Assembly (NCBI GenBank): GCA_038139415.1
Contig: JAYOSV010000003.1
Location: 98,778 to 162,777 of the forward strand
Direction: 5' to 3'
DNA: 64,000 bases
Origin: Verrucomicrobiales bacterium
Lineage (GTDB): Bacteria > Verrucomicrobiota > Verrucomicrobiia > Limisphaerales > UBA1100
Below are positions 9,508-19,943 of this stretch, in pieces. A program made the translations under genes and the position numbers. How positions within the stretch are numbered: position 1 is the stretch's first letter; each line of letters starts with the position of its first letter. Under the pieces are notes generated by a model. It had not been told where the DNA came from and searched no databases. It was given only the letters and a program-made list of their open reading frames with translations.

Positions 9508-10890
9508 TTAAACAGTTAGATCTTCGGGTTTGATTTCCACGCGCTTGCCGGTCATCACGGCCTCGTTGGCTTTGAGGGCAATCACGTTGGCTTGGTAGCC
9601 GGCGGTGGCATCAGCGGCGGGCAATAGGCTGTTGGTGGAGCCAAGCTGGTCGGCGAGATAATCGGCCAGAGTCTCGGCATCGGCTTCGCCAAACGTATTG
9701 AGGAAATCCTCCACGGCGCTTTTGACCTGATGGCTGTTGTAGGCAAAGGCCTCTAGGCTGTAGAATAACGGTGACTGGGTGAAGGTGGATTCTTGGTACA
9801 ACTTCTTTCCACCTTTGCCGAGCGTGGTGGCACCGGCTGCCAGCACCACGCCGGGGGAGCCGTAGTGGGGCATCTTACGGGCGTACACTTCCCAGCCGAT
9901 CAGCGGGGCGTCGGCCTCCTTGTACATCCACGCCTGCGCGCCACGCAGCATCACGGCGCTGTTAGTGCCGTGCATCACCTCGTACTCGCCATCGAATGAG
10001 TTTGCGAGGGTAAGTTCCTGCGTGAGGGAAAAGTCGTTTGCATACTCGTACACGATGTTCACCGTGTCGGGTACCTTGCGGCCGTCGCGCCATTGGACAG
10101 TGTTCCCAAAGCCGCTGACTGCGACGGGTTGCAGTTTGAGGAAATGATTCACAATATCAGCCTGATGCATGCCGATCTCTCCGACGAGGCCGGGGGAGAG
10201 TTCGGGGTTCAGGCGCCAGTTGATCAGTTTCTCTCGTTCGGCATTGGGCGAGACAAAACGCCAGCTGGTTTTCTTGTGCCACTGAGTTCGTGCGTGCACG
10301 GCCTTGCCGATCGCGCCGGCGCGCATGAAAGGGAACATGAATTGTCGCTGCGGTTCACTGCGGTACTGCAGGCCCGGCTGGAAATTGACCTTCGGATTGG
10401 CCGCGGCCGCTTTGGCAATGGCGCGGGCATCCTCCACGGTGCCGCCGAGTGGCGCCTCGCAGTAGACATGCTTGCCGGCCTTGAGCGCGGCCAGAGCGAT
10501 CTCCTTGTGATCGTGCGGCGCGGTGGCAATCACTACCCCTTCCACATTCTCGTCCTTGAGCAGGTCCTGAAAATTATCATAGCTGGCTGCCTTGGGATGC
10601 TCGCGCTTGGCGCGGCGTTGCATGGCGCCGTAGTGATCGGCCACGGCGACTAGCGGCGCGCTGGGTAGTTGCGCTAGGTTGCGGGCGATCTCGCGTCCGT
10701 GCGGGCCGTAGCCAATGAGGCCCATCTTGATTGGCGGCGTGGAATCATCGGTGCGGCGCGAGGCGTCTTTGCCTTCGCTTTCCTGCGCGCGCGTTTCGAG
10801 GGCCTGCATCATCGCGGCCATCGCGGCCAACGAACCGCCGGCGGAGGAAATAAAATCGCGCCGGTTGAAATCCTGTTTATTCTCACTCAT
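9508..10890 (-). CDS. Gfo/Idh/MocA family oxidoreductase with Tat signal
   Basis: Start refined to MSENKQDFNRRDFISS; GLIGYGPHG Rossmann motif; VIATAPHDH; GKHVYCEAP. Confidence 0.85.
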   Translation of the reverse strand: MSENKQDFNRRDFISSAGGSLAAMAAMMQALETRAQESEGKDASRRTDDSTPPIKMGLIGYGPHGREIARNLAQLPSAPLVAVADHYGAMQRRAKREHPKAASYDNFQDLLKDENVEGVVIATAPHDHKEIALAALKAGKHVYCEAPLGGTVEDARAIAKAAAANPKVNFQPGLQYRSEPQRQFMFPFMRAGAIGKAVHARTQWHKKTSWRFVSPNAEREKLINWRLNPELSPGLVGEIGMHQADIVNHFLKLQPVAVSGFGNTVQWRDGRKVPDTVNIVYEYANDFSLTQELTLANSFDGEYEVMHGTNSAVMLRGAQAWMYKEADAPLIGWEVYARKMPHYGSPGVVLAAGATTLGKGGKKLYQESTFTQSPLFYSLEAFAYNSHQVKSAVEDFLNTFGEADAETLADYLADQLGSTNSLLPAADATAGYQANVIALKANEAVMTGKRVEIKPEDLTV

Positions 10891-10974
10891 GGGTAAGGGG
10901 CTCATAGTGTGCGGGTTTCGAGGGCAAAAGCAAGCGCGGACCGGCAGCACGGTGACGTCGGTCCGTGCGGGAAA

Positions 10975-11964
10975 TTACTTCACTTCCGCGAGGACCTCTT
11001 TGATCAGGTCCATGTTTTTGCCGCGACTGTTCCAGCTATTCTCGCGGAGGAGCTTGATGAATTTTTCATCAGCGGACTTGGCCATCATATCCTTGAGGAG
11101 CATGTCGTGGTTGAGATTTAGTTTCTGCGAGGCAAACAGGGCGAAGGCCTTGATGCTTTCCTTGGCTTGCAGGTCCGGGTTGGGGGCGGACGGGCCGTCG
11201 GTGAGCTTGAGGCTCCATTTGAAGCCTTCGATCAGGTGCTTGTGGAAGGTTTCATTTTCCCAGGTGGACCCGTTGTGTCCGAGATTGGTAAAGAACACGC
11301 GGCCTTTGCCAAAGCTGCGCACCCAACAGACCGGCACATGGTAGGGCATCTGAGGTTTGCTCTTGGCCATGTTCAGGCTGAAGAGCACGCGCACGGCGTT
11401 GGGATCGAAGTTGTTGTATTGGTAGATTTCGTCCTTCCACATGAATTCCTTGCCGAGCATAGCCACGGTGGGGTGGGAGGATTCGTGGTTGAGGAAGCCG
11501 TTGGTTCCGCCTGCGTTCCAGGGGTGACCGGCGAAGGTGCCGTTGATCATCTTCACATAGCCATCGTACTTCTTGAAGGTGTCGGCCGCGCTGTGTGCAC
11601 CCACGAAGCCTTTGCCGGACTGGATGAACTCCATCAGCGCATCGCGCGGATCGCCGGCAGGCAATAGCATGCCGGTGGTATAAAAAAAGATGCCGTCAAA
11701 CTGCTTTAGGTTTTCACGTGTGATACTCTGGATGGCGTTCTGCGAATTCACCGTGGTAAACACACCGCTCTTCTTGCCGATCTCCGCCAGCACGCGTTCG
11801 ACCTGGCATGTGTCCTTTCCGGCGCGGTTGACTGGTTGATGGCGAAACCCAGCGGATTGGGTGATCACCAAAATCTTTTTCGGCGCGGACTGTACCTCAG
11901 CCGGGGCGTTCAGGAACATTAATCCGCCCAAGGCGGCCAACAGGATTCGTTTCAGGATTTTCAT
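10975..11964 (-). CDS. ThuA-like (trehalose utilisation/GATase-like) domain protein
   Basis: Signal peptide; SAGFRH; GKGFVGAHSAADT; DEIYQY; GKGRVFFTNLGH. Confidence 0.88.
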   Translation of the reverse strand: MKILKRILLAALGGLMFLNAPAEVQSAPKKILVITQSAGFRHQPVNRAGKDTCQVERVLAEIGKKSGVFTTVNSQNAIQSITRENLKQFDGIFFYTTGMLLPAGDPRDALMEFIQSGKGFVGAHSAADTFKKYDGYVKMINGTFAGHPWNAGGTNGFLNHESSHPTVAMLGKEFMWKDEIYQYNNFDPNAVRVLFSLNMAKSKPQMPYHVPVCWVRSFGKGRVFFTNLGHNGSTWENETFHKHLIEGFKWSLKLTDGPSAPNPDLQAKESIKAFALFASQKLNLNHDMLLKDMMAKSADEKFIKLLRENSWNSRGKNMDLIKEVLAEVK

Positions 11965-12132
11965 GAGATCTATATAGGACTCTATTTTGGGGTGGACAAT
12001 TCATCAGGGAACACCGATGTGGTCAAGGTTTCTCGGCTTGAACTCCAGTCCAACCTTATGGCATGGTGGTGAGACACTTTGGCGCTCACATTAGCCCGGT
12101 TTTTTCGCGGGGCAAAATGGCACCAACAGCCC

Positions 12133-13389
12133 ATGGCGACTGAACGCACCAGTTTTTTCGATCGTATTGCCGGCCGCATTGATCAGCTCGATTCGGAGGG
12201 GCTGCAGACCGTGGTGGCTCGTTTGGCACGGGAGCGTGATTTTCTCGAGACGCTGTTTGATACCATTGAGGACGGCGTGCTCGTGCTGGACGGCAAAGCG
12301 CACATTTCCTGGCACAACCAATCCGCCGAACATCTGCTGAGTCTGCCACTGGACAAGGCCGAGGGGCAGGGGTTGGCAAAGTTCCTGCCTGGGCTCGATT
12401 GGGATAAGCTTTGCGCCGTGGAATCCACCGACAGCCTTTCAGTCACACGGCATGAACTGGAGGTCGCCTATCCCATTCGCCGCTTCCTGCGCGTGTATAC
12501 CGCAGCCTTGGTCGGCGAGGGCGCCCATGGCTTGGCGGTAATTATCAATGACGCCACCGAGCAGCAGCAGAAAACCTTTGAGGCTCTCGAGAGCGAACGG
12601 GTTGAGGCACTCACCCTATTGGCTGCCAGTGTGGCGCATGAAATCGGTAACCCGCTCAACGCCCTGCACATTCATTTGCAGTTGATGGAACGTGAGGTGA
12701 AAAAGCTGAAGGCCACCGACGCCGACGCGCCGCTGGACCTTGCCGATCCCGATGCCGCGGCCAACCACGCCGCCAGTATTCGCAAGCTGGAAACCTATCT
12801 CGAGATCGCCAAGGGTGAAATCAATCGGCTGGACTACATCATCAGCCAATTTTTGCAGGCCATCCGTCCGACGCGTCCGGAGCTCAAGCCCGTTTCGCTT
12901 AACGATATTTTGCTCGATACCCTGACTTTGCTCGGGCCGGAAATTGAAAACCGTGAGGTCACGCTGTCGCAGCACTTCGCCGAGGAGTTGCCCAACGCGC
13001 CGCTGGACGAAGTGCAGGTGAAACAGGCACTGGTGAATCTCATCAAGAACGCCATCCAGGCCATGACTCAAGGGGGCGCGCTAACATTGACCACCATCGC
13101 CGAGACCGACGGCGTGTGGGTTTACGTGGCCGATACCGGCGGCGGTATTCCGCAAGAGAAAATCAACCGCATCTTTCAGCCCTATTTCACCACCAAGAAA
13201 GAAGGCAGTGGCCTGGGGCTAATGATTGTTCAGCGTATTGTGCGCGAACACGGCGGCCGCATTGAGCTGGAGAGTAACACCGGCCAAGGCACCACCTTCC
13301 GTCTCTGGTTCCCGCTCACCGAACAACAACCCCTGCGCTTGACCGGCGGCGAGACCTCGCAGGCCAGTGCAACAAACGATCATGCTTAA
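12133..13389 (+). CDS. Cytoplasmic PAS-like sensor histidine kinase (NtrB/AtoS-like)
   Basis: H-box AASVAHEIGNPLN; N-box NLIKNAIQAM; DTGGGI; FTTK; GSGLGL; no transmembrane segment. Confidence 0.92.
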   Translation: MATERTSFFDRIAGRIDQLDSEGLQTVVARLARERDFLETLFDTIEDGVLVLDGKAHISWHNQSAEHLLSLPLDKAEGQGLAKFLPGLDWDKLCAVESTDSLSVTRHELEVAYPIRRFLRVYTAALVGEGAHGLAVIINDATEQQQKTFEALESERVEALTLLAASVAHEIGNPLNALHIHLQLMEREVKKLKATDADAPLDLADPDAAANHAASIRKLETYLEIAKGEINRLDYIISQFLQAIRPTRPELKPVSLNDILLDTLTLLGPEIENREVTLSQHFAEELPNAPLDEVQVKQALVNLIKNAIQAMTQGGALTLTTIAETDGVWVYVADTGGGIPQEKINRIFQPYFTTKKEGSGLGLMIVQRIVREHGGRIELESNTGQGTTFRLWFPLTEQQPLRLTGGETSQASATNDHA

Positions 13390-14755
13390 ACCCACAGTCT
13401 TAATCGTTGATGATGAAAAACCCACCCGGGAAGGCCTGCGGGCGGCACTGGAGGATCGCTACGATGTCTACATCGCCGAGGACGGTGAGGGCGCCTTGCG
13501 GTTGCTGGAGGAGGACGGTTATGACGTGCTACTCACTGACCTGCGCATGCCGGGCATTGGAGGACTCGACTTGATCAAGCGCGCCAAGTCGCTGGGTAAA
13601 CCGCCTATTTGTATTTTGATGACTGCCTATGGTAGTGAGGAAATGGCTGTGGACGCCATGCGACAGGGCGCTGATGATTACATCGCCAAGGGTCGATTGC
13701 AGATTGATGAACTCGAAATGCGCATTGCGCGCGCCGTGCGTTCGCAGAAGCTGGAATCCGAAAACCGCGAGCTGCGTTCGCAGGTGGATACCAAGTTCGG
13801 TCTCGAAAACGTGATCGGCCAATCGTCGGCGATGGAGGGTATTTTCGAAATCGTCCAGCAAGTCGCCCCCGCGCGTGCCAGCGTGCTTGTGCTCGGCGAA
13901 AGCGGCACGGGAAAGGAACTCATCGCCAAGGCCATCCACAACCTCAGCCCGCGTGCCAAGCAGCCGCTGGTTACCGTGCATTGCGCGGCCCTCTCGCCCA
14001 CGCTGTTGGAGAGTGAATTGTTTGGTCACGAAAAAGGCGCGTTCACCGGCGCGCACGAACGCCGCATCGGCCGCTTCGAACAGGCCAATGGCGGCACACT
14101 ATTCCTTGATGAGATCGGCGAGATCGATCAGGCCATTCAGGTCAAGCTGCTAAGGTTCCTTGGCGAACGTACCTTCGAACGCGTGGGCTCCAATAAAACC
14201 CTCTCCTCCGACGTCCGCATCATTGCCGCCACCAATCGCAATCTCGAACACGAGGTGACTGAGGGCAATTTCCGGGAAGACCTGTTCTTTCGCCTGCGTG
14301 TGGTGGAGCTAAGCCTGCCGCCCCTACGCGATCGCGGCACCGACGCCGTGTTGCTCGCGAAAAGTTTCCTCAAGGAGTTCGCTCAGGAAAACGCCAAGGC
14401 CATCGAGGACTTTCATCCGGACGCCGTCGAGGCACTGCTCAATCATCCCTGGCCCGGCAACGTGCGCGAACTACGCACGGCCATCGAGCACGCCGTGGTG
14501 TTGTGCCGCGGCAACACCATTGGCCTACGTGATCTGCCGCCTAGTGTGCGCGGTGAATCCGCTGGCGCGCCGCATCCGGACGCCAAGGAAGTGTTAAGCA
14601 AAAAGAACCTGACCGTGGAGGACGCCGAAAAGGCTTTGATCATCCGCGCCTTGAAGGAATGTGGGGGCAACCGAACGAAGGCCGCCGAAAAAATTGGCAT
14701 GAGTCGTCGAACGCTTCATCGAAAACTGCACGCCTACAACCTTCACGACTTATAG
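13382..14755 (+). CDS. Sigma-54-dependent response regulator (NtrC family)
   Basis: Receiver domain (VDDE, DLRMP); Walker [32 protein letters not shown]; Fis-type [23 protein letters not shown]. Confidence 0.96.
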   Translation: MLKPTVLIVDDEKPTREGLRAALEDRYDVYIAEDGEGALRLLEEDGYDVLLTDLRMPGIGGLDLIKRAKSLGKPPICILMTAYGSEEMAVDAMRQGADDYIAKGRLQIDELEMRIARAVRSQKLESENRELRSQVDTKFGLENVIGQSSAMEGIFEIVQQVAPARASVLVLGESGTGKELIAKAIHNLSPRAKQPLVTVHCAALSPTLLESELFGHEKGAFTGAHERRIGRFEQANGGTLFLDEIGEIDQAIQVKLLRFLGERTFERVGSNKTLSSDVRIIAATNRNLEHEVTEGNFREDLFFRLRVVELSLPPLRDRGTDAVLLAKSFLKEFAQENAKAIEDFHPDAVEALLNHPWPGNVRELRTAIEHAVVLCRGNTIGLRDLPPSVRGESAGAPHPDAKEVLSKKNLTVEDAEKALIIRALKECGGNRTKAAEKIGMSRRTLHRKLHAYNLHDL

Positions 14756-14762
14756 GCGCCGA

Positions 14763-14939
14763 CTACTCAGCCAGACACCGGCGTAGCACCACCTCAACCT
14801 CGATCTCGTCGAAACTGTTGGGAATTTTGCACTGGGGCAGCACCATAGGCATCAACTCCCAGCCTTCCGCCCCCAATTCATTAAGTTTGGCCTGAGACAG
14901 GTCGCCTCTTTTTAGTACTTTGTACTCCCACTTCTGCAT
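14763..14939 (-). CDS. Small DUF4177-like protein (58 aa), absent from the ORF track
   Basis: Manual translation MQKWEYKVLKRGDLSQAKLNELGAEGWELMPMVLPQCKIPNSFDEIEVEVVLRRCLAE* matches the WEYK...LNELGxEGWEL pattern; TACAAT lies 6 nt before the ATG. Confidence 0.8.
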   Translation of the reverse strand: MQKWEYKVLKRGDLSQAKLNELGAEGWELMPMVLPQCKIPNSFDEIEVEVVLRRCLAE

Positions 14940-15078
14940 GACTGGATTGTAGCGAGGGCGACAGGCTGTGGCGAACCAGTTTTGGTATTTTGAATAAAGA
15001 TTCCGACTGAACCCTTAATGGCATAGCAAAGACTTGGTTGAGCTTGACCGCAAAGGCCTGTGAGCTTCAACTCTCTCC

Positions 15079-16629
15079 ATGTCCACGATTTGTGTTCGCC
15101 TGATGGCGTTGATGTTGCTCGTTTCGTTTACCGTTCAGGCTGAGGTATCCGTTCCTTCCATCTTTGGCAGTCGCATGGTGCTGCAGCGGGGTCAGGCCAA
15201 TCCGGTGTGGGGCTGGGCTGCGCCGGGTGAGAAAATTTCCGTCACGTTCGCCGGCCAGAAACACACTGCTACGGCCGGCAAGGACGGCGCCTGGCGTGTG
15301 AAGCTCCAGCCGCTGAAGGCCAATGCCAAGGGTCAGACACTGACCATTCAGGGTAGCAACAAGCTGGAGCTGATCGATGTGTTGGTGGGCGAGGTGTGGG
15401 TGTGCTCCGGTCAGTCGAACATGGCATGGTCAGTTGATCGCTCTTACGATCCGGATTTGGAGAGCCTCACGGCGAAATTCCCCAACATCCGTCTGATCTC
15501 AGTACCGCCGGTCGGCGCACAGGAACCGCAAAAGGATTTCAACGGCGAATGGGTGGCTGCCTCGCCGGAGTCGGTGATGAGCTTTTCTGCCGTGGGCTTT
15601 TTCTTCGGTCGTACACTGCATCAGGCAATTGATGTGCCGGTGGGTTTAATCGACAATGCTTGGGGCGGCTCAGCTGCGGAGGCATGGGTTCGTCGTGATC
15701 TGCTGAACAAGCTGCCTGCCGCTGCGCCTTATATGGCTACTTGGAAACAGACTGAGGCAAATTATGATCACGAGAAAACCATGGCCACTTATGAGACGCG
15801 CTTAAAGAAATGGCAGACCGCCGCTGCGGCCGCGCGCAAGGCCGGCAAACCGGCACCGCAACGCCCGCGTAATCCGCGTAATCCGCTGACGGGCCAGCAC
15901 CGGCCGGCAAATCTTTATAATGGCGTGCTCAAGCCTTTCATCGGGTACGGCATCAAGGGAGCCATTTGGTATCAAGGTGAAAGCAATAGCGGTCGAGCAA
16001 AGGCTTACCGTGACGTGTTTCCGCTCATGATCCAAAATTGGCGCGACGAATGGGGGCAGGGTGATTTCCCGTTTTATTGGGTTCAACTTGCTGATTTCCG
16101 TGATGAGCAACCGGAGCCTATGGATGATAACTGGGCCGAATTGCGTGAGGCTCAGACCATGACGATGGATCGTCTCAAGAATACGGGCGAAGCAGTGATC
16201 ATTGATGTGGGCGAAGGCCGCGACATTCATCCACGTGACAAACAGACCGTTGCCAAGCGGCTGGCGCGTTGGGCGTTGGCCAAAGACTACGGCGTGGATA
16301 TCATTCATCAAAGTCCTCGCTATAAGAGTATGGAGATCAAGGGCGATAAGGCTGTGATCACGTTTGATCATGTGGGTGCGGGACTTTACAGTTTTGATGT
16401 GCGTGATCCCAAAGGTTTTGCCATATGCGGCCAGGACAAAAAATTTGTATGGGCCAACGCTCGAATCGTAGGCAAAGACAAAGTGGAAGTGTGGGCTGAA
16501 GGAATTACGCCTTCCCAAGTACGTTATGCATGGGCGGTGAATCCTGTTTGCACATTGATGAGCCGCGGAGGCCTTCCGGCCACGCCCTTCCGTACTGATG
16601 ATTTCAAGATGGTGACTGAAGGGCAGTAA
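15079..16629 (+). CDS. Sialate O-acetylesterase (SASA) family protein
   Basis: Signal peptide; [35 protein letters not shown]. Confidence 0.92.
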   Translation: MSTICVRLMALMLLVSFTVQAEVSVPSIFGSRMVLQRGQANPVWGWAAPGEKISVTFAGQKHTATAGKDGAWRVKLQPLKANAKGQTLTIQGSNKLELIDVLVGEVWVCSGQSNMAWSVDRSYDPDLESLTAKFPNIRLISVPPVGAQEPQKDFNGEWVAASPESVMSFSAVGFFFGRTLHQAIDVPVGLIDNAWGGSAAEAWVRRDLLNKLPAAAPYMATWKQTEANYDHEKTMATYETRLKKWQTAAAAARKAGKPAPQRPRNPRNPLTGQHRPANLYNGVLKPFIGYGIKGAIWYQGESNSGRAKAYRDVFPLMIQNWRDEWGQGDFPFYWVQLADFRDEQPEPMDDNWAELREAQTMTMDRLKNTGEAVIIDVGEGRDIHPRDKQTVAKRLARWALAKDYGVDIIHQSPRYKSMEIKGDKAVITFDHVGAGLYSFDVRDPKGFAICGQDKKFVWANARIVGKDKVEVWAEGITPSQVRYAWAVNPVCTLMSRGGLPATPFRTDDFKMVTEGQ

Positions 16630-16691
16630 TTTTAATTGTCTCAGCACTTTCTCGGTTGACGTGTGTGGGTTAAGGCGTTGCAATGTCCCCT

Positions 16692-18131
16692 ATGACCAAG
16701 CGTCTTCTTTCCCTAAGCTGTATTGTCGTTATTCTGTCGGCCTTTTTTGTTCAGGCTGAAACGAAACTTCCCTCCATCATCGGCAGCCATATGGTGCTGC
16801 AGCAGGGTGAAAAATGCCCGATTTGGGGTTGGGATGATTCAGATAAACAGGTTACCGTTGAATTTGCCGGCCAAAAGCACACGGCCAAGGTAGGTGATGA
16901 TGGCCGTTGGGAAGTCCATTTGGATTCCATGAAGGCTAATGCGAAGGGCCAAACACTTACCATTCGCGGGAGCTCCAAGATTGAGTTAGTGGATGTGTTG
17001 GTCGGCGAGGTTTGGCTTTGCTCTGGCCAGTCCAACATGGAATGGCGAGTTAAGCAGTCAGCCAATCCGCAGGAAGAGATTGCGAACGCAAAGCATCCAT
17101 TGATCCGCCACATCAAGATTCCACATCGCCCGGCTGCCCAGCCGGAGAACGATGTACCCTCGGATGGTTGGAAAGTTTGCTCGCCGCAAACTGCCGCCGA
17201 TTTTACTGCCGTGGGCTATTACTTTGCCCGGCATTTACAAAGTGAAATTAAGGTGCCGATTGGTTTGATTGGAAGTAACTGGGGCGGCACCCGGATTGAA
17301 CCTTGGATTCCGCCGGTGGGTTTCAAGAGTGTTCCAGCACTGAAGACTAACTTTGCTGATAAGCTGGACCAATTTCCGACTAAGCGCGGTAACGGGGTGA
17401 ATCACCAAAGTCCCTTGGCTTTATATAATGGAATGATCAATCCTCTCTTGCCATATACCATTAAGGGTGCGCTTTGGTATCAGGGAGAGAGCAACAACGG
17501 GGAAGGCATGCTGTACCACGAAAAGATGAAGGCCTTGATCGAGGGTTGGCGTAGTGTGTTCAACAAACCAGAGCTACCATTCTATTATGTTCAACTGGCT
17601 CCTTTCCGTTACGGAAGGGATGATGATCCACGCTTACCGGGAATTTGGCAGGCTCAATTGGAAACTCTCAAGGTTCCTCATACCGGTATGGCGGTAACCA
17701 CTGATATTACTAACGTCAGAGACATTCATCCCAAGAACAAGCAGGATGTCGGTAAGCGCCTTGCCTTATGGGCTTTGGTTAAAGACTACGGCAAAAAGCT
17801 AAAGACCCAGTACTCAGGTCCTATTTTTGAGAAAACATCTCACGCTGAGGGTAAGGATAGCCTCACAGTTCATTTTAAGAAACTGGGTGATCATTATCAC
17901 GGCCTCAAAACCAATGACAATAAACCCATCAGTCATTTTGAAATTGCTGGTAAAGACGGCAAATGGCATCCAGCAAAGGCGACAATTGTTTACGGAGACC
18001 ATTTGATCGTAAAGAGTGATGCGGTAAAAAATCCGGTCCATGTACGCTTTGGTTGGCATCAAATGGCCGAGCCTAATCTAGTGAATGGAGCAGGGCTGCC
18101 GGCTTCCCCGTTTAGTACCGCTTTTAAATAA
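16692..18131 (+). CDS. Sialate O-acetylesterase (SASA) family protein
   Basis: GEVWLCSGQSNM; WGGTRIE; WYQGESN; DIHPKNK. Start 16692 preferred over 16683 because TTGACG-17-TGCAAT lies just upstream. Confidence 0.92.
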   Translation: MTKRLLSLSCIVVILSAFFVQAETKLPSIIGSHMVLQQGEKCPIWGWDDSDKQVTVEFAGQKHTAKVGDDGRWEVHLDSMKANAKGQTLTIRGSSKIELVDVLVGEVWLCSGQSNMEWRVKQSANPQEEIANAKHPLIRHIKIPHRPAAQPENDVPSDGWKVCSPQTAADFTAVGYYFARHLQSEIKVPIGLIGSNWGGTRIEPWIPPVGFKSVPALKTNFADKLDQFPTKRGNGVNHQSPLALYNGMINPLLPYTIKGALWYQGESNNGEGMLYHEKMKALIEGWRSVFNKPELPFYYVQLAPFRYGRDDDPRLPGIWQAQLETLKVPHTGMAVTTDITNVRDIHPKNKQDVGKRLALWALVKDYGKKLKTQYSGPIFEKTSHAEGKDSLTVHFKKLGDHYHGLKTNDNKPISHFEIAGKDGKWHPAKATIVYGDHLIVKSDAVKNPVHVRFGWHQMAEPNLVNGAGLPASPFSTAFK

Positions 18132-18132
18132 A

Positions 18133-18873
18133 ATGCGCTCTTTAGTTGCTTTTTTCCTCGTATTGGTCGCCGGCCCATTATCGGCGGCAGACGCCAACTT
18201 CCATCTCTACCTGCTCATCGGCCAATCCAACATGGCCGGGCGTGGTAAGGTGACGTTGGAGGACAAGGTAGCCGTGCCGCGGGTATTAATGATCAACAAG
18301 GCTAACGAATGGGTATCCGCTGTGGACCCCATTTCGTTTGATAAAAAAATCGCTGGGGTCAGCCTCGGTCGCACTTTCGGCATCGAGATGGCTCAGGCAA
18401 ACGAAGACGTAAAGATTGGACTGATCCCTTGTGCAGTCGGTGGCACGCCCATCCGCCGTTGGCAACAGAATGGCGACCTGTATCAGGCAGCCCTCAAGCG
18501 CGCTAAGCTTGCGCAGAAGGTTGGCGTTATTAAAGGGATCCTCTGGCACCAGGGCGAGAGTGATTCCGGGAACGAGGATGCGGCCAAGATTTACGAGCAA
18601 CAACTCCACGCCATGATTGCTGCTTGGCGGAAAGACCTGGAAAATGAAAAAATCCCGGTTGTTGTCGGTGAACTGGGTCAGTTCTTCACACGTGCTAAGC
18701 ACAAGTTCGCCGTTGATAAAGCATTAAAGGTATTGCCGAACAAGGTGAAGCATACCGCTTGGGTCAGTTCCGAAGGTCTCGGCCACAAGGGGGATGTCGT
18801 TCACTTCAATGCGGCGGCCTACCGTGAATTTGGTAAACGTTACGCATCAAAAATAAAGTCACTTCAGGAATAG
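18133..18873 (+). CDS. Short SASA / CE6-like carbohydrate acetylesterase
   Basis: Start refined to MRSLVAFF; LIGQSNMAGRG; AVGGT; WHQGESD; DVVHF. Confidence 0.88.
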   Translation: MRSLVAFFLVLVAGPLSAADANFHLYLLIGQSNMAGRGKVTLEDKVAVPRVLMINKANEWVSAVDPISFDKKIAGVSLGRTFGIEMAQANEDVKIGLIPCAVGGTPIRRWQQNGDLYQAALKRAKLAQKVGVIKGILWHQGESDSGNEDAAKIYEQQLHAMIAAWRKDLENEKIPVVVGELGQFFTRAKHKFAVDKALKVLPNKVKHTAWVSSEGLGHKGDVVHFNAAAYREFGKRYASKIKSLQE

Positions 18874-18877
18874 CTCC

Positions 18878-19943
18878 ATGAACTTCATCCGCTTGAGTCT
18901 CTTTTTAGGCATCGTTTCGGGAAGCCTCGTTGTAGGCGCCGAACTCTCGCCTCCAGAAAAAAACTTCGAGACACTATGGAAGACATTTAATGAAAGATAT
19001 GCCTTCTTCGAATTACGTGGAGTCGATTGGCAAGAGCAATACAAGACCTATCGCCCTAAGGTGAGTAAAGAGACTACCGATGAGGAACTATTCAACATTA
19101 TGTGCGAGATGTTGAAACCTCTTAAGGACGGCCACGTAAATCTGAAAGCTAAGGGTTTAAAGAAAAAAGCATTTAACCCGGAGGAACTTCCCAGATTCTT
19201 AAAAGAGTTTAATACCCCCAAGCTCGAAAAGAGCTACCAATCGATGGTTCGTAAAACTCTGAAGGATCAGGGGCTTTGGCGATTTTAAAAAGGCGACTGC
19301 TTTATTTGAGTATTCTCGCAGTAAGGACTTTGGTTATTTGTTGATCACTGAATTCGAAGGGGTGAGGCCCAAGAAACTTGGTCCTGCTTTGGATGAGGTG
19401 CTTTCTGAAATGAAAGGCATCAAGGGGTTAATTATTGATATCCGATTGAACCCTGGGGGTACTGATCAGTGCCTCTACCAGATCGCCAGTCGCTTTGCCG
19501 ACAAGAAGCGGGTGGGGCATATTCGCAAATCCAAACGCAAAGCGGGTGAGGGCGAGGATGGTTTTAGTGAATTGAAGACGCGGTTTCTAAAACCGGCAAC
19601 GGATGCGGGGCCCAACTGTACCTTTACCGGCCCGATTTGCCTTCTGACTCATGGAGCCTCTTACAGTGCAGCTGACGCTTTTGCCATGGTGATGACGGAG
19701 CTGCCTCACGTCACCATCATTGGGGAACCCACCAACGGGATTTTCTCGAATATGCTGGAAAAGAAACTGCCCAATGGTTGGAAGTACACGCTCTCTTTTC
19801 AGGTGTATTACGCGGCTGACAAGAAATGCTATGAAGGAAAAGGAATTCCCGTGGATATCGAGGTGCTAAATAAGCGTGAAGACCTCGAGAAAGGAGAGGA
19901 CCCATTGATCATGAAATCAATCGAGGAGCTTTCCCCAAAGTAA
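18878..19943 (+). pseudogene. S41 family peptidase (tricorn C1-like N-domain plus catalytic domain) split by a +1 frameshift
   Basis: ORF1 has a signal peptide and NFETLWKTFNERYAFF..GVDW; ORF2 has IIDIRLNPGG, SYSAAD, IGEPTNG, EGKGIPVDI. Removing one G from GGGG at 19270-19273 gives a continuous ...KDQGFGDFKK...GYLLITEF frame. Confidence 0.8.
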
